A stretch of 29,765 nucleotides of DNA from Patescibacteria group bacterium (GTDB lineage Bacteria; Patescibacteriota; Minisyncoccia; Phycocordibacterales; UBA1006): positions 1 through 29,765 of the forward strand of contig JAGQMO010000011.1 in the NCBI GenBank assembly GCA_020428615.1, written 5' to 3'. Both the position numbers and the translations under genes were made by a program. Below the pieces are notes generated by a model, which saw only the letters and a list, made by a program, of their open reading frames with translations, had not been told where the DNA came from and ran no database searches. Shown piece after piece: positions 23,877 through 29,765 of the stretch. How positions within the stretch are numbered: the stretch's first letter is position 1; every line of letters begins with the position of its first letter.

Positions 23877-25222
23877 TCAAGTATTGATCGAAGTTGGTCA
23901 ATTTCTTGTTGAAGGTTTGGGTCTTCTTTAAGGTTTTCAACAACTCGTTCGTACGAATGAATAACAGTGGTATGATCTCTTCCCCCAATCTCTTTTCCAA
24001 TAGCGGGGTATGAGATATTAAAGTATTCACGAAGTACGTACATAACTATTTGTCGAACATAGACAATCTCTTTTTTCCTTGTTTTTTCATAAATTTTTTC
24101 AGGCTCGATGGTATAAAAACCCGCAATTATTTTAACAATTTCTTCTAGAGCTAGGTGCTTCTTTGGTTTTACATTGTTTTTAATGAGTGTTTTTACCTCG
24201 GCGATTGAAAGTTTTCTCCCCCGAAGATCTGTTTGAATACTGATAGCGTTTAAGATTCCTTCAAGCTCTCTAATGTTTCCATCAAGGTTAGATGCTAGGA
24301 AGTCTATAACCTCATCGCTGACAGGTGTCTTTTTTTGAGTCGCTTTTGTTTTTAATAGTGCAGCTCGAGATTCATAGTCAGGTTTTGTTACATCCACAAT
24401 CATTCCTGCTGAAAACCGAGATCGTAATCTATCCTCAAGTCCAACAATATAATTAGGGTGTTTGTCTGAAGAGAATACAATTTGCTTTCCTTTATCGTAC
24501 AGGATATTAAAGAGATGGAAGAGTTCTTCTTGTAGCTTTTCTTTCCCTGAGAAAAATTGAATATCGTCCATAATAAGAACATCATAGCTACGATATTTTG
24601 TTTTGAATGCGTTAATACGGTTGTTTTTAAGAGCGTTTACGTAATCTTGTGAGAATTTTTCTGAACTCGTGTAGAAGATATTAATATTTTCGTTCTCTTT
24701 TTGGATTTTATTTCCCGTTGCTTGTATCAAGTGAGTTTTTCCGAGCCCTGTAGCACCATAAATAAAGAGTGGGTTGTAAACTCCTGGTTTTTTGATAATC
24801 GCTTGCGCTGCTGAATATGCTAATTCGTTGAATGGCCCAACAACGAATGAGTTGAAAGAATAACGGTCGTTGAGGTTACTTGATTTATCAATTTGTACAT
24901 TTTCAAGTGGCAACTGAGAGTTATTTGAAGGTTCCCTTTGAGATTTTCCTTGGTGCGGGGTTTCCACATCAACTCCCCTTTTCACTATGTATTCAATGTT
25001 TTTTATTGAAGCATCTATACTTTGTAATTTTGTAAGGATTGTGTCGTGAAATTTAGTATGTAACCATTCTTTATTAAATTCGTTGGGTACACCAAGGTAA
25101 AAGATCCCTGACTCTTGTCTTATAGGGAATGTTTTTTTGAACCACGTATTAAAATTTGGACGTGATATTTCGAGTTCAATCTCGGTCAAAACGTCCTTCC
25201 ATGTCTTTTCGATGGTGTTCAT
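23870..25222 (-). CDS. dnaA: Chromosomal replication initiator DnaA (about 450 aa)
   Basis: YSFNSFVVG..NELA, NPLFIYGATGLGKTHL, DDIQF, RLRSRF and GGRDHTTVIH motifs. Start is ATG 25222 or 25240. Confidence 0.97.
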   Translation of the reverse strand: MNTIEKTWKDVLTEIELEISRPNFNTWFKKTFPIRQESGIFYLGVPNEFNKEWLHTKFHDTILTKLQSIDASIKNIEYIVKRGVDVETPHQGKSQREPSNNSQLPLENVQIDKSSNLNDRYSFNSFVVGPFNELAYSAAQAIIKKPGVYNPLFIYGATGLGKTHLIQATGNKIQKENENINIFYTSSEKFSQDYVNALKNNRINAFKTKYRSYDVLIMDDIQFFSGKEKLQEELFHLFNILYDKGKQIVFSSDKHPNYIVGLEDRLRSRFSAGMIVDVTKPDYESRAALLKTKATQKKTPVSDEVIDFLASNLDGNIRELEGILNAISIQTDLRGRKLSIAEVKTLIKNNVKPKKHLALEEIVKIIAGFYTIEPEKIYEKTRKKEIVYVRQIVMYVLREYFNISYPAIGKEIGGRDHTTVIHSYERVVENLKEDPNLQQEIDQLRSILDV

Positions 25223-25253
25223 AGGATAGAAGATATCCATAGTATAGTATGAA

Positions 25254-25302
25254 TGTGGATAAAAGTGAAAACTGTGCACAACATACATATCATTGTGGAT
25301 AA
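25254..25302. promoter_or_regulatory. DnaA boxes upstream of dnaA
   Basis: Perfect TGTGGATAA at 25254-25262 and 25294-25302, and a degenerate TGTGCACAA at 25273-25281. Confidence 0.85.
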
Positions 25303-25405
25303 ACATACCCACTATATCTTAATAGTTTGAATAAGAAAATCTTGATTATTTTTACAGTTATACTAGTATAGTCCTATTACTATCTTTGTAATTCTATCTA
25401 TTACT

Positions 25406-25552
25406 ATGCAAGCTAAATCAGGAACACTTAGAAAACGAAAAAATCGTAAAATGAACAAAGCACACGGTTTTCTTTCGCGAATGAAAACAACAGGAGGACA
25501 AAAAGTACTCGCGGCTCGTCGTCGAAAGGGGCGAAAAAAACTGAGTGTGTAA
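25406..25552 (+). CDS. rpmH: 50S ribosomal protein L34 (48 aa), not in the ORF track
   Basis: Hand translation gives [48 protein letters not shown], with the HGF..RM.T..G..VL..RR.KGR signature, divergent from dnaA and ahead of rnpA. Confidence 0.95.
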   Translation: MQAKSGTLRKRKNRKMNKAHGFLSRMKTTGGQKVLAARRRKGRKKLSV

Positions 25553-25557
25553 TTCTT

Positions 25558-25590
25558 AACAAAAATCCTTTTAAAAAGAGGATTTTTGTT
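25558..25590 (+). terminator. Hairpin between rpmH and rnpA
   Basis: 12-bp inverted repeat AACAAAAATCCT / AGGATTTTTGTT. Confidence 0.6.
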
Positions 25591-25603
25591 ATATACCAAT
25601 GGT

Positions 25604-25945
25604 ATGTTTTCTAAACAGCAACGGTTAAATTCTCGTGCAGTTAACAGAATAATTATAGGTAAACATCGTTTTTTTACTTCGTGCTTTAGGGTTCATTTTG
25701 AACCTGCGGATGCTTTTCGTGTTGCTCTTATCATTCCAAAGAAAATAATTCCGAAACGTGTCATGAGAAGCCGTCAAAAGAGACGAATACTTCACGTATT
25801 AAAAAGTTTTGTAAACAACATTTCGCCATCAACTTGTCATATATTACTCATACTCCAAAAAAATACCCAAGACGTATCTTTCGTTGATCTTGAAAAGGAA
25901 GTAGAATTAGTGATTCAAAAATTACCCACTTCCGATAAAATTTGA
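25604..25945 (+). CDS. rnpA: Ribonuclease P protein component (113 aa)
   Basis: MFSKQQRL start, RVALIIPKK, an RNR-like helix VMRSRQKRR, and canonical rpmH-rnpA-yidC synteny. Confidence 0.8.
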   Translation: MFSKQQRLNSRAVNRIIIGKHRFFTSCFRVHFEPADAFRVALIIPKKIIPKRVMRSRQKRRILHVLKSFVNNISPSTCHILLILQKNTQDVSFVDLEKEVELVIQKLPTSDKI

Positions 25946-25960
25946 TACAATCCTTCCTAT

Positions 25961-26683
25961 ATGATTACTCTTTGGAACATTATTTTTTATAAACCTCTTT
26001 ACAATGCTCTCGTGTGGCTTGTTGATATCTTGCCCAATCATTCTTTGATTATTGCGGTAGTTATTTTAACGATCCTTGTTCGACTTATTATTTCACCTCT
26101 GTCTTATAAGGCGTTGAAAACTCAGATTCAGACAAAAGCGTTGCAACCAAAACTGAAAACACTTAAAGAAAACGTTACTGATAAACAAGAACAAGCTCGT
26201 CAAACGTTTGCTCTGTACAAGGAACACGGTGTTAATCCATTTTCAAGCTTTCTGGTTATTCTCGTACAATTTCCAATTATCCTTGCGTTGTACTGGGTAT
26301 TTCGAGATGGTGGAGTTGAGATAGACCCCACACTCCTTTATTCGTTTGTACCAAGACCAGATACTATTGTTAACACCATGTTTGGTTTTGATCTCGCTAA
26401 CAAGAGTTATGTACTGGCATTACTTACCGGATTAACCCAATATATACACCTTTCACGGTCTGCAAGTTTCAAACAAAGCGCTACACACGACAAACAAACA
26501 GATCAGGAAAAAATGATGGCTATGCTTGGAAAGTCAATGAGATATACCATGCCAATTATGATTACTATTTTTGCTTATATTATTGGAGGAGCTGTAGCAT
26601 TGTATTGGGTGACCTCCAACACCTTCATGATTGTTCAAGAGTGGTATATTCAGAGACGTTTGGCAAAAAAACAGATTGTTTAA
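25961..26683 (+). CDS. yidC: Membrane protein insertase YidC/Oxa1, short form (240 aa)
   Basis: LTILVRLII.PL, LQPKLK, L.KEHGVNPF, QFPI and LYWVTSN motifs. Confidence 0.95.
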   Translation: MITLWNIIFYKPLYNALVWLVDILPNHSLIIAVVILTILVRLIISPLSYKALKTQIQTKALQPKLKTLKENVTDKQEQARQTFALYKEHGVNPFSSFLVILVQFPIILALYWVFRDGGVEIDPTLLYSFVPRPDTIVNTMFGFDLANKSYVLALLTGLTQYIHLSRSASFKQSATHDKQTDQEKMMAMLGKSMRYTMPIMITIFAYIIGGAVALYWVTSNTFMIVQEWYIQRRLAKKQIV

Positions 26684-26693
26684 TCTGTTTTTT
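26666..26693 (+). terminator. Terminator built on the yidC 3' end
   Basis: AAAAAACAGATT / AATCTGTTTTTT. The left arm encodes the final KKQI residues. Confidence 0.65.
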
Positions 26694-26736
26694 GTTTGGG
26701 ATGGTGTGTACGGGTTTATGATATACTGAAGGTATT

Positions 26737-27201
26737 ATGGATATCCACATACTCACAAAAGAAGCAGAAACAATTCTTACCATGATGGATATCCACGTTA
26801 AGGATATTTCAGTTTCCACAGACCCTGATTTGCGCATTACTGTACTCAGTATTCGAATTTCTGGAACCGACCAAGAGATTTTTACAGAACAACACAATAC
26901 CCTTACCCGTGATTTTAGCTTGATTTTAAAGATTATTCTCGAGAAAAAACATCACTATTACAAAGATGTTGTGGTTGATATTAATGGTGATAATCAAAAA
27001 CTCATAGATTATACAAAAGAAAAAGCGGCTATTGCAGTTGAACGTGTTCGTTTTTTTGACAAACCGTATGAATTTGGCTACCTCAATGCCTACGAACGTA
27101 TGTTGATTCATCATTACTTTAAAAATATCCCTGAGCTCATCACAGAGTCTTCCGGAGAAGGGAAAGACAGACGCCTCACGGTTAAGAAAAAACAATCCTG
27201 A
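26737..27201 (+). CDS. Jag/KhpB (EloR)-like KH-R3H RNA-binding protein, short (154 aa)
   Basis: VVVDING, R3H motif LNAYERMLIHH and TESSGEGKDRRL; located after yidC. Confidence 0.85.
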   Translation: MDIHILTKEAETILTMMDIHVKDISVSTDPDLRITVLSIRISGTDQEIFTEQHNTLTRDFSLILKIILEKKHHYYKDVVVDINGDNQKLIDYTKEKAAIAVERVRFFDKPYEFGYLNAYERMLIHHYFKNIPELITESSGEGKDRRLTVKKKQS

Positions 27202-27215
27202 TAGAGGGTTGTTTT
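27189..27215. terminator. Bidirectional terminator between jag and the VirB4-like gene
   Basis: AAAACAATCCT / AGGGTTGTTTT stem (one G-U pair), overlapping both stops. Confidence 0.65.
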
Positions 27216-29064
27216 AGTTTGCAAATGAATTACTCTCTTGCGATTGTTTGAATTCCTCACGTGCTTTCTTTATAGAAAGCACCTGTGCTGGATCAGATGT
27301 TATTACCTGGTCTTCGGTATATGAAGCGATAATTTTGATTGCGACATGTTTGAGACCAGCAAAGAATATCCCTTCTCCTACATTCGATTCAATAAGAAGA
27401 TATTTTTCTTCATCGGTGAGTCTGAAAATTTCTTGAAGATTGTCGATAGCACTCGGTGATTGTTTTAACAAGAGTTGCATGGATGAGTTTGTAATAATAG
27501 GGATGCCATAACGCGATTTAATAAAGTCGCCAACATCTTGGGTGATTGTCGCAAGTCCCAGGAAGTATTTACGCCCACGTTTTGCAATCATAAACAAGAA
27601 CGAGGCGGTATCGTCTGATTTCATCATCCACCAAGCTTCATCAACCACCAAAAGACGTTTCTTAATATCTTTTCTTACAGCGTTCCAAATAAATTGAGTG
27701 ATAATATACATTGCAGCCGGTTTCAATTCGTCTTCCATATCTCTAATTGAAAAGACAACCAACTTTTTATTGATATCAACGTTTGAGGGTTTGTTAATAA
27801 AGCCGGCCCATGTTCCGCGAGTATATTTTGTTAAACGTGTTAAGAGTGACTCACTGCCCTCGACTGATGATAATACCATTTCAAAGTCTGACATGAGCGG
27901 AGGTTCAATGTTTGCATAGTCGGCGCTCGGTGTGATGTCTTTGAGTGCATACGTTTCGGTAATTGCACGATCAATCAGAGAATCTTCCTCAGGAGAAAGA
28001 CCGCCAAGCATAATCCGGAATAAGCCAACCAGATGAATAATATGTGTACGAAGAACATCAGCAGGATCTTCATCTTCAAGAGGTCTTGGAACATCAAATG
28101 GATTGATGTGGTGTTCTGATGACAGTGAAATGTTAAAGTATCGCCCTCCAACAGCTTCAGCAAGATACTCATATTCGCGTTCAGGGTCAATAACGATCAC
28201 TTCGGTATCGAACATCATGGTTCTTAGAATTTCAAGTTTTGTGGCGTAAGATTTACCTGCTCCTGAAGTTGCAAAAATAACGGAGTTGTAATTCGGTAAA
28301 GAGTATCGGTCAAAAATAACCAAACCAGAATTGTGTCTGTTGATACCGTATAAAATTCCTTTGTTGTCGGTCAATTCTGAGGAAATAAAAGGAAAGAATG
28401 ATGAAACAGGACCTGTATTCAGTTTGGTATGCACTTGAAGTTTGTCTTGCCCGATCGGTGCAACCGACAAGAAACCTTCCATTTGTTGAAAGAGCGCGGG
28501 TTTAAGGTATACCAGTTTTGATTCCAAGAGAGAACGTATTTCATTTTCTGTTTTAAAGAGCTCGTCTTCATCATCAGCATAAATTGTGATGTACAATCCC
28601 ACAGAAAATATTTTTTCTTGTGCTTGTTGTAGTGCATCACGTAGTGATTCAAGGTCTCGGTATGCGGTATCTAAAATAGGATCTCGTACTAGACCTTTTG
28701 ATTCTCGGGTATTTATTTGCGATTGTACCTCTGCAACTTTTTTCTTGAATTCAGAGAGTATTTTTTCTGTTGGTATTGGATGAATATGAATACCAACATC
28801 AAACACCTTGTCGAGATTAACAATAGGAGCAAGCCATCCATCACTCAGAAAACGTGGATATGACATGACAAAGAATGTACGTGAGGTTTTTCCTGCGATT
28901 TTTATTGATTTTGAGCTTACCTCAAGAGCAGCTGGAGCCAGAATATCTTGAAGTTGCAGTTTTGCAGTACGATAAATTTCTCCCGGCAAGACCGGCACTG
29001 CTGTTTTTTTTGTAACACCCTTTTTGTTTTTTGATGTTCCTATCAGATCTGAAAGCAATGACAT
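27214..29064 (-). CDS. VirB4/TraE-like P-loop ATPase (616 aa)
   Basis: N..IFATSGAGKS Walker A, VIDPEREY, HINPFD, LLVVDEAW, KRGRKY and ITQDV.DF motifs. ATG 29064 follows TATACT-N9. Confidence 0.85.
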   Translation of the reverse strand: MSLLSDLIGTSKNKKGVTKKTAVPVLPGEIYRTAKLQLQDILAPAALEVSSKSIKIAGKTSRTFFVMSYPRFLSDGWLAPIVNLDKVFDVGIHIHPIPTEKILSEFKKKVAEVQSQINTRESKGLVRDPILDTAYRDLESLRDALQQAQEKIFSVGLYITIYADDEDELFKTENEIRSLLESKLVYLKPALFQQMEGFLSVAPIGQDKLQVHTKLNTGPVSSFFPFISSELTDNKGILYGINRHNSGLVIFDRYSLPNYNSVIFATSGAGKSYATKLEILRTMMFDTEVIVIDPEREYEYLAEAVGGRYFNISLSSEHHINPFDVPRPLEDEDPADVLRTHIIHLVGLFRIMLGGLSPEEDSLIDRAITETYALKDITPSADYANIEPPLMSDFEMVLSSVEGSESLLTRLTKYTRGTWAGFINKPSNVDINKKLVVFSIRDMEDELKPAAMYIITQFIWNAVRKDIKKRLLVVDEAWWMMKSDDTASFLFMIAKRGRKYFLGLATITQDVGDFIKSRYGIPIITNSSMQLLLKQSPSAIDNLQEIFRLTDEEKYLLIESNVGEGIFFAGLKHVAIKIIASYTEDQVITSDPAQVLSIKKAREEFKQSQESNSFAN

Positions 29065-29105
29065 GTTATGTACAGTATACTACATACTCTTTTCTTTTAT
29101 AAGAA

Positions 29106-29129
29106 AACCGCCCATCACAATGCGCGGTT
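29106..29129 (-). terminator. Terminator after the last, partial gene
   Basis: AACCGC / GCGGTT stem overlapping the TAA, followed by TTCTT on the minus strand. Confidence 0.5.
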
Positions 29130-29765
29130 AAAAATCAATGAGTCGATAGCTCCACAAGAATTCGTTGTTTTTATCAATAAAGTAAAGATATTCTCCTTTG
29201 CTATCAATGTTGATGCTATCAATGTCAATATTCTCACTGTATTCTCGATTGAGATCCGAAATCATTGTTTCAGCCATTGTTTCAGTGTTTACTTTCCATA
29301 GAGAATCATTATACGTTTCTAATCCCTGATACCACGTGTCGGGATACTCGTTCCCATAGGCAAGCGTATTAGGAACTCCGCAATAAACGTCTCTGCTATT
29401 ATAAGACCAAACGCATTTCTCTGGGAAAGTCTGTAGAGAGAGTTGGCGAGTACGTTTTGATGTTCGGTCAAATATGGATAAGACAGTATCGTTTTCGGTA
29501 ACCTCCATAGTCAGTATCTTTGTGTTGTCGGGACTCACCAAAGTGAGCAGTCCTTTTTTTTCAGGAAGAGATTTAAAGTATCGATGAGTATCAACACTTA
29601 ATTCATAACTGTATCCTTGTGCAGCATAACTTGGTTTTGTACTAATCTCTATCGTGTTTTCAGAATCCCATTGGCTCGTCCATTCGCTAAACGGAGATTC
29701 AAAAATAGTTTCTTTCGTTTCATTTAAAAGATCTCGCACAACCCCAAGTACACCTAAATCATCTT
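29128..29765 (-). CDS. Partial hypothetical protein, probable beta-propeller C-terminus, 5' end beyond the window
   Basis: The frame stays open to the window edge (DDLGVLGVVRDLL...). Blade-like motifs SPDNTKIL, CVWS....VYC.VP, DSLWKVN and DSKGEYLYFIDK. Confidence 0.7.
   Translation of the reverse strand, partial: DDLGVLGVVRDLLNETKETIFESPFSEWTSQWDSENTIEISTKPSYAAQGYSYELSVDTHRYFKSLPEKKGLLTLVSPDNTKILTMEVTENDTVLSIFDRTSKRTRQLSLQTFPEKCVWSYNSRDVYCGVPNTLAYGNEYPDTWYQGLETYNDSLWKVNTETMAETMISDLNREYSENIDIDSINIDSKGEYLYFIDKNNEFLWSYRLIDF

Noticed and set aside
25943-27201. Alternative genetic code 25 (UGA=Gly) as in Gracilibacteria and Absconditabacteria
   Set aside because: rnpA and jag end at TGA at the expected lengths, and long genes are intact under code 11.
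250-29301. Many 60-208-aa ORFs antisense to or out of frame within the identified genes (e.g. 250-876, 4305-4904, 12697-13212)
   Set aside because: Shadow ORFs of well-supported genes, with no motifs or expression signals.
1-29765. CRISPR array, rRNA, IS transposase or prophage genes
   Set aside because: No regularly spaced direct repeats, rRNA-like sequence, transposase or phage hallmark ORFs were found.

Overview
This window spans the chromosomal replication origin of a reduced-genome bacterium, most likely Patescibacteria/CPR (Parcubacteria-like). The assignment is inferred from the shortened HolA, PolA, YebC, YidC and Jag proteins, the PilB and VirB4-like ATPases, a large Fn3-type surface protein and the near absence of Shine-Dalgarno sites. 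TGA is used as a stop, so the code is table 11. The core is tRNA-Lys, yrbG-like antiporter, holA, polA, tsaE, pilB, ruvB, a NUDIX hydrolase, yebC, pbp1A, ruvC, a DciA-like gene, dnaN, oriC, dnaA, rpmH (missed by the ORF track), rnpA, yidC, jag and a VirB4-like ATPase. Signals the ORF track does not explain: (1) twelve core genes have a -10 hexamer 6-9 nt before the ATG, suggesting leaderless gene-by-gene expression, while five exported accessory genes have full -35/-10 promoters and SD-less leaders; (2) four orphan exported proteins carry Bacteroidota-like export signals, including a diverged paralogue pair; (3) a promoter- and terminator-bounded rod-shaped RNA of about 170-200 nt between pilB and ruvB looks like 6S RNA; (4) one orphan gene has a highly structured, possibly switchable 150-nt leader; (5) an RHH/Zn-ribbon regulator is coupled to an ABC1/UbiB kinase, with a helically phased operator array upstream; (6) a 1116-aa surface protein carries a thrombospondin-type module; (7) oriC contains a DnaA-trio array. 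All family calls come from motif recognition only; no searches were run.
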